The notes beneath the pieces are model-generated. The model made no database searches. It had not been told where the DNA came from and was given only the letters and a program-made list of their open reading frames with translations. From assembly GCA_012295275.1 (NCBI GenBank), contig CM022673.1, forward strand, positions 22,196,001-22,260,000: DNA of 64,000 nt, written 5' to 3'. Made by a program: the position numbers and the translations under genes. Shown here in pieces: positions 1 through 14,789 of this stretch. The stretch is from Chrysomallon squamiferum (lineage: Eukaryota > Animalia > Mollusca). Numbering within the stretch: the first letter of the stretch is position 1; every line of letters begins with the position of its first letter.

Positions 1-543
1 ACTTATGTCTCGGTATATTAATCATTTTAAAATTAATAAAAAACATATATGCACAGTTCTAATTAATATTTTGTTTAACGATATATCAAAGAAATATCAA
101 TAGATAATTAGAGAATTATCGTTTTCTGTACCCTTACGTAACTGCAGTGTGCTAAACATAAATTATGGATTTAGTAAATTTATTTAGACAAGCTCTACTT
201 CAGAATATAGATATAAACGTACTGAATACAGAGTAATCTACATTTATTTACACTCTATGGAATTATTATTTCAGTCATGAAATTAACAAGTATTAAAATA
301 CTTCTATTATACATCATTATAAACCAGTACAGGATTTTTTTTCCCTTTTTGTCGAGAAAAAGTACTTAAAAAAAAAAAAATAATAATAATAATAATAAAC
401 AGCAAAAACAAAACCAGAGTATATTTTACAGCTAGTCATTCGGAACACGAGTACATAAAAATCGAAAAAAATTAATTAAATAAAGGGTATTTTACAGTAT
501 ATATTTACAAATGACGACAATAATATGAATAATTACTCGTCTT

Positions 544-574
<31 letters not shown>

Positions 575-760
575 TTACTATTATTTATTTATTTATTATG
601 CTTTTCATGCTTTTATTAATTATGCTTTTTATATATAGTGTTTTATTATAACAGTATTACGTATTTTTAACATACTGGCTCCTTACTAGCAAAACTAACA
701 CTAAAACTATAAAAATAATTCTACACAGTAATAATTAAGTATAAAAATAACAATACTCTT

Positions 761-2145
761 ACTATTTCGTGTACTACTGTTAATATTTCTATTTAGTGTA
801 CTACTGTTAAAATGTCTATTTCGTGTACTACTGTTAATATTTCTGTTTCGTGTACTACTGTTAATATTACTATTTCGTGTACTACTGTTAATATTACTAT
901 TTCGTGTACTACTGTTAATATTACTATTTAGTGTACTACTGTTAATATTACTATTTCGTGTACTACTGTTAATATTTCTGTTTCGTGTACTACTGTTAAT
1001 ATTACTATTTCGTGTACTACTGTTAATATTACTATTTAGTGTACTACTGTTAATATTACTATTTCGTGTACTACTGTTAATATTTCTGTTTAGTGTACTA
1101 CTGTTAATATTACTATTTCGTGTGCTACTGTTAATATTACTATTTCGTGTACTACTGTTAATATTTCTATTTAGTGTACTACTGTTAATATTTCTGTTTC
1201 GTGTACTACTATTAATATTACTATTTCGTGTACTACTGTTAATATTTCTATTTAGTCTACTACTGTTAAAATTTCTAGTTAGTCTACTACTGTTAATATT
1301 TCTGTTTCGAGTACTACTGTTAATATTTCTGTTTCGTGTACTACTGTTAATATTTCTACTTAGTCTACTACTGTTAATATTTCTGTTTCATGTACTACTG
1401 TTAATATTTCTATTTAGTGTACTACTGTTAATATTTCTGTTTCGTGTACTACTGTTAATATTTCTATTTAGTCTACTACTGTTAATATTTCTATTTAGTC
1501 TACTACTGTTAAAATTTCTAGTTAGTCTACTACTGTTAATATTTCTGTTTCGAGTACTACTGTTAATATTTCTATTTAGTGTACTACTGTTAAAATTTCT
1601 ATTTCGTCTACTACTGTTAATATTTCTGTTTCGTGTACTACTGTTAATATTTCTATTTAGTCTACTACTGTTAATATTTCTACTTAGTCTACTACTGTTA
1701 ATATTTCTATTTAGTGTACTACTGTTAATATTTCTGTTTCGTGTACTACTGTTAATATTTCTATTTAGTCTACTACTGTTAATATTTCTATTTAGTCTAC
1801 TACTGTTAATATTTCTATTTCGTGTACTGCTGTTAATATTTCCGTTTCGTGTACTACTGTTAATATTTCTATTTAGTCTACTACTGTTAATATTTCTACT
1901 TAGTCTACTACTGTTAATATTTCTATTTCGTGTACTACTGTTAATATTTCCGTTTCGTGTACTACTGTTAATATTTCTATTTAGTCTACTACTGTTAATA
2001 TTTCTACTTAGTCTACTACTGTTAATATTTCTATTTAGTCTACTACTGATAATATTTCTGTTTTGTGTACAATTGTTAATATTTCTGTTTAGTCTACTAT
2101 TGTTAATATTTCTGTTTAGTCTTCTACTGTTAATATTTCTATTTC
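761..2145. repeat. 27-bp minisatellite, about 51 copies (consensus ACTACTGTTAATATTTCTATTTMGTGT)
   Basis: Exact 27-nt periodicity; produces the spurious (LLLIFLFRV)n ORF 1122..2264. Confidence 0.97.
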
Positions 2146-2301
2146 CTTTGCTGTTGTTATTATTAGTACTTCATGTACTACTATTATTATTAATACTGAA
2201 TATTCTACTGTTAATATTAGTACTTCATTTACTTAGTCTACTTCTATTACTGCTACATTTATAATGTTAATGCTAATGTTATTTTTACGTACTACTACTA
2301 T

Positions 2302-2345
<44 letters not shown>

Positions 2346-3820
2346 AATAATAATCATCTTAGCATAATCATAATCATAATAATGACAAACAAAAGATAAT
2401 AAATAACACGCAACAGCAGTATTAATTACATCTAATTAATGGTCACTTACAACAAACCAAATATTTACTATTGTGTCTGAAATAATATTTGCCCAGGAGG
2501 TGAATGACAATTGGCTTATTTAGGAAACCAATACATTCGACCGCACACACCTGACCCATCCGTATGGAGCCTCAGTTGGCCTCTATTGCGCTCGGTTCAA
2601 AAGCAAACATTCACGTAGAGGTTTGACCTGGTTATCTGGTGCTCGCCAAGATAACAATGGACTGCGCGCATAAAGGCAATATTTGTTAGGGTCTCATACT
2701 TTAGTTTTTTTTTTCTTTCTCAAGATTTCTTTCAGTTATTTTCTTACATGCTGCTACCTCTATTCACAGGACAGTATGACGCAATAATAAAATGACAATT
2801 TTTTTAAAATTAGGGTTAAAATTAACTGCATGAAAGCGCAATCGAGATGTTTAAAGCAAATAATGACCGTTATGAAAAGAAAAATCCTATTTTTAATACA
2901 GCTTTAGGGCTGTCATAAAAAAAAGAGAGAGAGAGAAAAAAAGAAAGATTCTTGATGCGATGTTAACATCAGTAAAATATAATTATGTATTTACAATATA
3001 AATTCAAATACAGCAATACATTGCAAAATGTATGTAACTGTATGTATTTATATTCATATTATTTAGTTTTAAAAGGGTTATGCACCCCTGCTTGAACGAC
3101 TCCTAGAAGAGCCCTTGGCTTTTGTTTGCGGTCACTGTTTGACCCTTGTCTAGTTTTATCATCATCAGAGTTGAAAGATGTTGCGTGCTTGGAAACTGAC
3201 AAAGTGACATCGTTAAAAGTAGGTTAACGCAGTGTGCAGTGAATGTGTATCACTTTATATACTCTCTTTTCATTATGTGTGGGGTTCAGATTACAATAAT
3301 AATATTAACAATAACAACAGCAATAACAACAACAACAACAACAACAACAATAATAATAATAATAATAATGTCCTCGTTAATTTGAAAAAGAAACCAAAAT
3401 GAAACATTAAGGTTTCAATATATTTATTTTTATATTTTATATTTCATGTACTGCTATGCAGTAGTAACAGCAGTAACAGTAAAATAAGAACAACTACAAT
3501 AAAATTATCATTAAAACTGCTACTATCAGAATCAGCAACTATATCTCCACTTCTTTTCAATGTACTGCTACTACTACTCTACAATTACCACCCCTACCAC
3601 TAATATCAATACTGCTACTACTACAGCTACTGTGACTCCTACTGTCACCATGACAGTTACCACAACAACTACTGCTAAACATTATTATCATTTTCTTTAT
3701 TATTACTTACAAATTTACAAACTTTATTAGTATTTTGAATTACCTAAATAAAAATATTGATAACAATACAAAAATATAATTAAAATAAATATTTTATAAT
3801 ATACAAAAATATATATATAG

Positions 3821-3852
<32 letters not shown>

Positions 3853-3853
3853 T

Positions 3854-3899
<46 letters not shown>

Positions 3900-4980
3900 T
3901 ATGATATAAATACATGGATAAAATCAGTAAATTACCTAATAAATAAAAAACTAAATAAATGAAAAACAAACTCAAATACAAACAAATAAATGAATTTTAA
4001 TGTGATTTGCAAAATTAAATAGCTTAGCTATTTTTGTTCATTAAAGCATTATTTTAAATCATCAAAACAAAACAAAAAGTCAAATATGCATTTGAATATT
4101 TTTATATTATTAATTTATTTTTTAATTTATTCTTTCATTCATTCATTCATTCGTTTATTATTTTATTTGTCTGTTTATTTGTTTGTTGGGAAATAGAGAA
4201 GAAAAAAGAAAATAATAAAGATAATAATAATAATGACAACAATAATAATAACAACAACAACAAAATCAAGTAAATAAAAATATATTATTAGTTATTTATA
4301 TTTCACTTTTTGTAATCAGAATAATTTAAATAAAAAATTAAAGAATATTTTTTTTCGTATGAAAAATGAATAAAAATTGAAAACATATTTCAATTCAAAA
4401 CATTAATACTGTTTACTGAAATATTGCTTTTGTAATTTACTGCAGAATAGCGAATCAGTATTAACAGCAGTGTAAAAGTGTAATTTCTGAATTGTCATGT
4501 ATTTAAGAAGAGAAAATTACTTGCGAATTTGCTCAAATGTTTATTCATTCATTCATTTGTTTGTTTGTTTGTTTTATTAATTTTAATTTTATTTATTTAT
4601 TTAATTCATTCATTCATTCATTCATGTATTTTATTTTATTTTATTTTATTATTTATTTATTTGTAAAGGTTTCATGTGAACATTTTCTTTTTCATGCGTC
4701 ATGAATTGAGGAAACAAAAGACTAAATCAAGAGTTATTATAATTTATACCAATATAATGTTCACTATAACCTTAAATAGCTTTATCCTATAACATCAGAT
4801 TCAAAGCAAAACTTGCATTTCAAATAATAAAAATTAAATTAATATCAAATATCTACCTACTTATTTTTTGCGTTAATAATAATTAATTACTGTTTTATCT
4901 ATTTATTAAGTTTTATAAATACATGTATATGAATTAATTAATTTTATTTATTTATAATTTTTCTAATAATAATAATAACA

Positions 4981-5021
<41 letters not shown>

Positions 5022-5433
5022 CATCATCATCATCATCATCATCATTATTATTATATAAATTAATATATTTGTAACTGGCAGAAGGAAAAGGAAATTTGTC
5101 AAAATACATTTTAATGTAACAAACGCAATAACTACAGTGCAATAAGAGGTTCCCAAAATTTAAACATTTAATAGTTTAAATTATTTTTTTATTAAACGAC
5201 AGTTATCCAAACTACAATGTAGCACATTTCTTTTCGATAACCGATACTCATTTTTTTATCTTTTATTTATTTAAATAATTATACTGCAATGTTTTTTATT
5301 CTTTGTAAGTAAATTAATCTAATGTTTTATATCCGAAAAATACCTAATCAGTGTGTACTGGAATTACAAATTTCAGGAACATAAACAACAAACTTTATAT
5401 AAAGAATATTATTATTATTATTTTTGTTCAAAG

Positions 5434-5475
<42 letters not shown>

Positions 5476-5729
5476 TTAAAGACTAAAGAATTTCTATTTA
5501 ATCGATATCTGTGCAATCAAAGAAAGGATAGATTTCTCAGTAACATGGTCGTTTCAAAATTCTACCTTAAAATATTAATATTAATATTAATCTAAAAATG
5601 TCAAGAAAGATTTGTGGTGTTGACTTTCAAAATCGATCACATATAAACACTTTTTTCTCTTCTTTTTTTTTCTTCTTTTCTTCTTTTTAAAAAAATATTC
5701 CTCCCCTCCATTTAATGCCAACAAAAATG

Positions 5730-5804
<75 letters not shown>

Positions 5805-6804
5805 ATTTTTATAATTTATTATTTATTAGCATCGTCATCATTAAATAATGTTGTTGGAAGAATTTTAGTTGTATTTAGAATATTTCTATATTTCATGTTA
5901 CTAAACCAGCCTATTATATAAGCAATTAACTAAATTAAAATAATAATAATAAAACCAGCAAGAATAATTGTTCGGACTTCTGCTAGAGTACGTGCTATAA
6001 ATAGATCTGTCGGAAGTCTCGTTTTGAGATACGCACGCGTGGTGAAACAGAAACCAGACAACTGTACGTGGGAGATAAAACACATCGCACTACTCCGGAA
6101 CAGTTGGTGTTCTGAAAGAACTTTTTCACGTAAATATGAAGCGTATGGCATGGCTGTTCTCCTCCGTCCCTGTGTTTTGTAAAGAAGCCAGATTTCTGAA
6201 TAAACATTGCCGATTGGAAAAGAATTCTCGTTAACATCTGGTTTTTATTTCACAAGGTTGTATTGACTGTTCTGGAAACGTAGAAGAAAATAAAATAAAA
6301 AGAAAGAAAGAAAGAATTTGTTCAGTCATTATTATAGATTCTAACTTTTATTTATTTATTTATTTATTTGTTTAAAGAAATACTGATTATCCTTTTAAAT
6401 ACTTATTTCGAATTAACTAAATTATTATCGTGTTAAAATCTTTTTCTTTTCTTCATACCTTTTTGTGGGGTGGGGGGCTGATTTATGTTGTTGTTTGTTT
6501 GTGATACGGTAAGGGTGCGCGGTGTCTCACAGAAACATATCGTCTAATTTTTGGATTTTATATAAAAACAAAAATGATAAAAAAAAAAAAACAGAACAAA
6601 AACAAACCTGAATAAAAAAAATAACATAAGATCCATAAAGTTACATATTCATACCTTTGGGAATCTGTATAAGTTTAATGTTTCAGTTCTTTCTAAACAG
6701 TAGTATCTGATCAAAAACAAAATCTTTATTTTTAATGGTTTTATTTCATTGTAACATAACACTTGTAAGTTCTGTGTGTCAGATCATACTTTATTTATTT
6801 ATTT

Positions 6805-6864
6805 ATCTTTCTGTCTTTCTGTCTGTCTGTCTATCTATCCATCTCTCTATCTATCCATCCATCC

Positions 6865-6920
<56 letters not shown>

Positions 6921-7265
6921 GTCTGTCTGTATGTCTGTTTATCTCTGTCTGTCTTTTTGTCTGTCTGTTTATCTGTATGTCTGTCTGTCTATCTGTCTGT
7001 TTGTCTGTCCATCCATCCATATATCTATCTGTCTGTCTGTCTGTATAGCTATCTATCTATCTATCTATCCATCTATCTGTCCATCCATCATCTATCTCTC
7101 TATCTGTCTCTCTGTATGTTTGTATGTATGTGCGTATGTCTATCTATCGGCTTGTCTGTTGTCTATCTGTCATTCCATACATCTGTATATCTGTCTGTCC
7201 GTCCATCCATCCATCTATCTATCTATCCATCCATCTATCCATCCATCCATTCATCTATCAATATA
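6805..7265. repeat. Compound tetranucleotide microsatellite (TCTA/TCTG/TCCA)n
   Basis: Direct reading; source of three overlapping spurious ORFs. Confidence 0.95.
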
Positions 7266-7703
7266 TCTATTTACATATGTATTTATGATTTCCTTTTACA
7301 TAGTTTATATAATTAAATCAAATCAATGTATCACTATTGTAACTAAATTAAAAGTGCAGTCAGAACGTAACTAAACCTTAACCATATTTTTAAATCCTTC
7401 ATGCCATATATTCGTTTTCAAATTCGTTTTGTTTTAAGTTTTTAATTAATTTTCTGATAGTCCGTATATCTTTCTAACTATATTTAGAAAATATGTCTTA
7501 TACTCAAATTATATTTTCGATATTTAAGTATTAAATTATGTTTATTAACTTGATGTAATAAATTGCTTTTAATTTATGTGCGTGTGTACATTTTATTTCA
7601 GGAACTTTTATTTATATAGGATGACATTTATTATTAAAATAATAATAATGAAATAAAAAATGTTTTATTTATTTTTTAAATTTAATTTGAAAAATTTCGA
7701 CTA

Positions 7704-7748
<45 letters not shown>

Positions 7749-7931
7749 CATTATTATTATTATTATTGTCAGTATGGGATTGTTCATTTAACAATTAATA
7801 GTTTTGTTCGGTATACTTTTTATGAATGACATACATTCAAAAATAAAGTTGTCCCTGTTATAACCTGGAACAGATTTGAAATGATATAGATTGAATTAGT
7901 TTTTAAGATAATAAATCCCGTGTTTATATCA

Positions 7932-7984
<53 letters not shown>

Positions 7985-9343
7985 CAACAACAAACAACAA
8001 TGACAATGATGACGATGTTGATGGTAACACAACAACAGGAATAACAAAGAAAAAAGATTAAGAGAACATACAAAATACAACGGTAATAAATCTGATGTAC
8101 GTTTGTAATTAAACAGTTTCAGTTGAATCAGACGAACTAAATTTAGCCTCGAGGTAAAAACCGTTTTTAACATTCTTCTCCGAGTGACCAATAAATCACA
8201 AGGGGATTAACTCTGACTTACACCCACATCTTATCAATTTGTTACGAGTGACTGCCTATTTTTTACAATATCTTCTTTTTATATTTGTTTCTTTACTTTT
8301 AATTATTTCCATTTAATTATTTCCACTACTACTAGTAATATTGTTGCTGATGATGTTGTTTTGTTGGTGTGTATTTGCCATGAATAGCACAAAAAAGAAA
8401 AAAAGTTAAAAAAAAAGAAGAAAGAAATGTGTTTTAAAAAAAGAAAGAAAGAAAAAATGAAATGTGTTTATGCATTAAGCATTGATGGATGGATGTTTGT
8501 ACGCAAGTACGTATGTTTACTGGCACACCCATCCCACTCGCACATTAACAAGGCTTGTAAAAATGATTCTCGCTATTTCCATTCTAAACTATTTTTGAAT
8601 TATTAACACAATGAACGTTATGCTCCAAGTATGCAAATTAATAAAGTAGAGAACTGTTCTGTTCTGTGACGTTACACAACTTACACCCCCCCCCCATCCT
8701 TCGCCATCACTGATGCGAGGAATTTTGACCCGGTAGCGGCCGAAAATCAAGAATGTCGGTTAGTCTCGTTCAGTCTTCGCTCTCGATTGTTTAACAAAAA
8801 GAAAAAAAATCACGTGCGAAACTTTAGAAGACTTAATTCATACTGAAAGTTGAAGTTTAGGTTCACAGTTTACCGGTTTAAAGTTTGACAACGGGTTTAA
8901 AGTCTGGTTCATGGAGAAACTGATGTAAAAGGAAATTAATTTTTATTTTGTGGTGATGCTGATAATTATATTAAAAGCACATTAAAAATGCTTTGTTAAC
9001 AAATAAATAAAAATAACTCTAACTAATTAACTAACTAACAAATTGACTGATTGACTGACTGACTAACTGACTAACTAACTAACTAAATAAATAATTTGTG
9101 TAATAATGATAAATATCTTCCTTTCTCTATTGTTTAAGAAACTAAAAATTATTCCATATTCTATGTAACAACTACACGAATCTCAAGTTATTATACAGAA
9201 AGTATGGTCATAATTTCGCTCATAAAAAATAATATAAATAATTATAACGAATAAACTGATGAATTAAAATTAATTTTAAAAATTAATTCATAAATAAGAA
9301 AATAAAAAATGAAATTAAAGAGTAATAATAATAAAAAGAAACA

Positions 9344-9395
<52 letters not shown>

Positions 9396-9490
9396 TTAAC
9401 AACAACAATAACAATACTACTAATAATTTAATTGATAATTTAATTATAAGTTCATTATAAATATTATGGTAAAATGAAATTGTTTCATCT

Positions 9491-9563
9491 TCCGGAGTAA
9501 CCCAGTTGGGAGAGCGTCAGACTGAAGATGTGACTGACCACAGTTCAGTCCCGGGTTCAAGCA
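9491..9563 (+). pseudogene. Degenerate tRNA-Phe(GAA) copy (tRNA pseudogene or tRNA-derived SINE head)
   Basis: 73 nt colinear with eukaryotic tRNA-Phe (CAGTTGGGAGAGCGTCAGACTGAAGAT...GTTCAGTCCCGGGTT..GCA). GAA anticodon loop is intact, but acceptor, D, anticodon and T stems all carry mismatches and the B box is altered. Confidence 0.85.
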
Positions 9564-9924
9564 CACAGCAAGTGGGACTCTGAGATAAAGTTATCAGTTT
9601 GAAACAAAATACTGGGAATCGAAAAGAAAATAAATTGTGATAATTACAACTGTTTATTTATTTAAAGATTTATTTCGAACTCTGATTTTGTTTACATTAA
9701 AAATGTCCATTCAACAGATAAAAAAGGAAAGAAAGAAATGTAAGAAGTCCAATAAAAGAATATATAAATAAAAATTAGTAACAATTATAATTAATTAATT
9801 CTGCCAGGTAATAAGTTTTAGTTTATTTAAATCAGAGGATAATAGTTAATCATTAGTTTCCAGACATAAATATTTGCCAAAATTCTTTTTATGGAACTGG
9901 AATAAATGGAAAACGAAAGTTAGA

Positions 9925-9971
<47 letters not shown>

Positions 9972-11426
9972 AATAAAAATAAAAAGTATGAAAAAGATTA
10001 AATCAACAAAACCTAAAAAAAAAAACCACAAACCCCCAAAACCCCCAAAAAACCATAAATAAATAAATAAAAAATACCGACATACAAAACCAATCTAAAT
10101 TATAATAAAATAATTAAAATCATTAAATATTTTATTGCATTGTTTAAATATATTGTTCAACTTTCCTCTGGCAAAAACTTAGCATATTTTTGTAATCATA
10201 TGCATACTGAACAGAAAGTTATTGATAATAAAATAAGTCCAATAAACATTAAAACTAGTATATATTATTGGCACAAAAAATACGTATCTTTGTAATTATT
10301 AGTGAAAGTCTTAAAAAAAACCCCAAAACCCCCCAAAAAACCAGCATGATAAATGTAAGTAAAAAAAATGAAAAAACATAAAAAATAAAAAATGAAAAAA
10401 AAAAAAAAAAAAATAAATAAATCAAAATAAATAAATAAATAAATTGTGAAACAGATCTGACCATTATATAAAAATATGTAATAACAGCATTATGTCAATA
10501 TTTAAAGGCACAATGTACATATTTAAAATCTTAAACTGAAAAACTGTTTTATTAAACTTTTCGAAATAACTATTGTCAAAAATCCTTCTTTATTTGTTTA
10601 TAGATACACGATGCTTTCAGTGAATTATTATAAATTTGTATAAAGAATTTTTTTAAATAATAAAGCTAAAGAATTTTTTTTATAATTTACATAATTCTTG
10701 CATTTAATAATGTCTCTGTATATATAAAACTTAAAAAAATTAAATGTGAGTTCTCACCTTACAACAACAACAAAATAATAATAATAATAAAAAATTAAAA
10801 TTAAAAAAAACAAAAATAATAAAATAAACAAAAATAAAGAAATATAATGAAATATATTTTTCAGTTTCAAATAAGCCTTGCAGTGTAAGTAAAACTTTAC
10901 AAAAATAATATTCCTTTTCAGTCGTTTAGAATTAATATTTTAAATCTAAATAATAATGACTGTTCTATAACCCTTTATTATCGTCATCATCATCATCATC
11001 GTCATTATAATATTTGTCCTTATTTTATTATCATTATGAATATTATTATTATTCGTTTAGATATTATTAATATTAGTATTATTTTTATTTTTTTTTATTA
11101 CTTTTTTTTATTAGCAGAAGTTACAGTTATTATAATAGTAGTAGCAGCAGTAAAACCAGTAGTAGTAAAAGTAATAGTGATAGTAGTTGTATTTTTACAA
11201 AAATAATATAATATTACTATATAACTAAGCTTAATACATTTTAAAATAACTCTCTCACCTTTAGTAAATAACTCTCTGGTCTTATTAAAAACCTATTATA
11301 ATTCTTAGCAGTACTAAGACAGTTGGATCGTCTGTCGTATTTCTGACCCAGTGAAAATTCCTTCAGCTGAAACCACGTTTTCGGAATAAATTTACAGCCT
11401 TTCGATGTTGTAAAAAAATAAATAAT

Positions 11427-11512
11427 AATAACTACAACTTATGTGAAATAGATGTATATTTCTCTGTTTAATAAAAATAATAAATTACTTTTCAGGTAAA
11501 TGCATTTAATAA
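11427..11512 (+). repeat. 86-bp exact duplicate, copy 1 (copy 2 at 14865..14950)
   Basis: aataactacaacttatgtgaaatagatg...ttttcaggtaaatgcatttaataa is identical at both sites. Confidence 0.93.
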
Positions 11513-11516
11513 TGTG

Positions 11517-11563
<47 letters not shown>

Positions 11564-13466
11564 TACACAGATATTTATTTATGTGTATATGTGCATGTGT
11601 ATGTATTAATAAAATTTAGCGAGGTAATTTAATAAAGGCTCTATTTATTAATTTATTTATTTTATTTTATTTTTACAAATAAAAGGTAATACTTTTTTGA
11701 AGAAAAAACACTAAAACAAAAACAACCCAAAAATAACAACAACACAACAGTAACAAAAGGAACAAATAAACAAACAAAAATAAATAAATAAATAAATAAA
11801 TAAATACAAGATTAATAAATAAAAATAACAATAATAATAATAAAATAATAATAATAATAATAATAATTTCTTTTAAAATAAAATAGCAAGTGATGCGTAT
11901 ATTTAGAAAACTGTGGACTTTTCCGAACTGCCTATATGTATATATATACATGATCAGTATTAGAGGTTATATAAACCTGTCTACACTTGTCTGGCAACGT
12001 TTGTTTTAGATGGGTTTGTTTGTATATTTGATCACTTTCTAAAAGGTTTTAGTTGTTTATTTGATGGTTTGTGAAGGTTGTTTTTTCGTGAGGTGTTTTT
12101 ATATTTTATTTTATTTATCTGACTAACACAAAACGTAGTTTGAACTGTCAGTGGAAAATAAATTAAAATAATTGTAAAAAGGATGGACATGTAGATTGAT
12201 AGGCAGACAAATAAATAAATAAATATTATTTAAATTATACTGGAGGAACTTTTGTACTTTGTAAATGTATTCCTTTTTTATAAAGCAGTAGATGAAAAGA
12301 ATAAAATTGAGTAAAATAATTACCAATGTTAAATATTACTAATTCAAAATAAACCAAAAAAAGCCACATGCAAACAGTTTATTTATTTGCTTTGAATGGA
12401 GAAATTAATGTAATTCAGCTGAAACATAAATAATCGGAAACTTAAATGTAACTTAAATACATAACCTTTATTATTATTATTATTATTATTTTATCTTTAA
12501 CTTTTATTGAAAAATTAATGACAGGATATTGTTTTAATTTAATTTCCATTACAATGAAACAATGTGTTTTTGGTCCAATTCTTTTTTCAAACATATTAAC
12601 TGTACATCTTTTAATATTTATTTCTCTTACTGTTTTGTTATTTTGCACGAACTTATAATAACTGCAATTATACCATTATTACTGGTACTACTACTAGTGC
12701 TATTACTGCTACTACTCCTTCTGATGCTGTTGTCGCCACTACCTGCTACTTTTAATAATAATGATAGTAGTTGCAGAAGATAAAGCAGTGGTAATATTAG
12801 CTCTCAGTTTAATCAAAAAATAATTGTATTATAATGAACATACAAACATAAGTACATACTCATAATAAATACATACAAATGTACCTGCCTAAAAGTTTGC
12901 AAACGTACAAGCGTATGTTCATAATATGCATATACACATACACATACACATACCTACCTAAATACATTCATACATACATACATACATATTTATATTGTAT
13001 TATTTACACATATACAAATACATCCCGAAACTCACATAAAATTTCTTCTGCAGCTATTGTCATTACAACTCGCTCGCTTATAACAAGCTCTAATAATTAT
13101 TCATGAAGTATCGCCATGGCGATGGACAATTATTTCTACAGAAGAGCTGTTTGTGTCTGAGGCAGACAAGACAACGACTTTCTCGCTTGAATAGAACATA
13201 TTATTTTTCTCATCAATCACTGCTTGGCAAAACACAAGCGCGTGATAAGAGCCATTGTGTAGCAGATATTTTGTAGACATGTGAGAGGAAAAACTGATAT
13301 GAGAGTTTCTCCTAAGAAGAAAATAATAATTAATAACAGTTGATTTTGAACTCCTCTTTTTCTCAACCTGTATTGGAAATTACTACAGTGACTATATGAT
13401 GATCTTCAAATATAGAAATAAATCCATTTTGGACATTTTAACTAAAAACATATTTCTTAATAATAA

Positions 13467-13517
<51 letters not shown>

Positions 13518-14789
13518 CGTAGAAGACAGTTTAGATAGATTTATGATGATTAATAAATAATTTGTAAATTAAGCTAAAAAAAAAAAATGTAAATCAAATT
13601 CCTTTCATTCAGAATAAAAGATATGTTTAATTTCTTTGCTCCAAAATTTCCAGGGACACTGCATTTTTATTATTTTCTTTTATCCCTTTATCAGTTATTA
13701 GTATTCATCATCCCTTCGCTATTCTCCTCTGTTCCAAAACACTTCACGATGAACAAGATGTACACGTCTGAATCAACAGAACGTTGCACAAGCTGGACGT
13801 CTTAACACACGTCTTTACTGTATAATGCAATAAAGAAGGCCGTTTGATATGTCGCACGTTGTTAGCTAATTGCATTTCTGAGTGACATCGCTTTGCTTTG
13901 GATCGATAACAACAGACCACTGTCGCCTGCTTCAAGACTTTGCACAGATTCCACTCGCATCTTCGATCGTCAGTGTTGTGTACGAATATCGTCTGCATCG
14001 TGCGCACTTGCCGCTTCGATCTGCGATGTATCGGCTGCACGACTGAACCTCGCCTTGTCTGTAATCGATCGAGACTTAAATCGAATGCCCTTGCACATAA
14101 TGCCGTTGCATATAGTGAAATGTTATACAGGAATGATAGCGGGTATTAACGACGGGTATTATGTCGTCAGTGGGTTTTGCGAAGAAAAACTGAGGTGCCT
14201 GTGTCAGTACAATTACTGCTTTAAATGGAGATTTTTGACTCATTAGGCCGGGACTCTGTTACTGGAATAATTTCAAGATCGTGCACAGATGTTAATACTG
14301 TAAATAGATGTTCATTTAGAAAACATATTTCATGAACCTTGCTTTTAAAATGGCTACATCTAAATTTTAGAAAGGTATATTTATAAATATAAATATAAAC
14401 ATTTTTGGGGGTATTATAAAAACAGAATGAGTGTGCAACCATTATCTACCAAAAATGGAAATTATCGGTGCAGAATAGTTGATACCCCAAACAGGAACAA
14501 AGGAGTTATGCTGGTTACAATGTTTCCTAATCGTCTGCAGTGAAATTAGGTTTTCCTTTCGCGGTAATGAACGGCAGACGTACTTGTCTCTTCTGGGTTA
14601 CAAATATGTATTTCACTGATTTATCGTAAAGGTACATGATGATTTTCTCGTTGCGGTTTCACCTAGACCACCCATTTTCAAAACAGATGTTCTTTACACT
14701 TAAATAAACCAGAAACCCAGATAATGTTCAATTGTAAAATAATTATTTACTCGCACAAGATTTTTAAAAAACCCCACTAAATCCAATAT

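Noticed and set aside
761-2145. CRISPR-like array
   Set aside because: Contiguous tandem units without unique spacers; eukaryotic context, no cas genes
1122-2264. 380-aa Leu-rich ORF
   Set aside because: Translation of the 27-bp minisatellite; GTG start, no splice context or domain
6735-7374. Three overlapping ORFs
   Set aside because: Tetranucleotide microsatellite read in three frames
9491-9563. Functional tRNA-Phe gene
   Set aside because: Three acceptor-stem mismatches, broken D and T stems, altered B box
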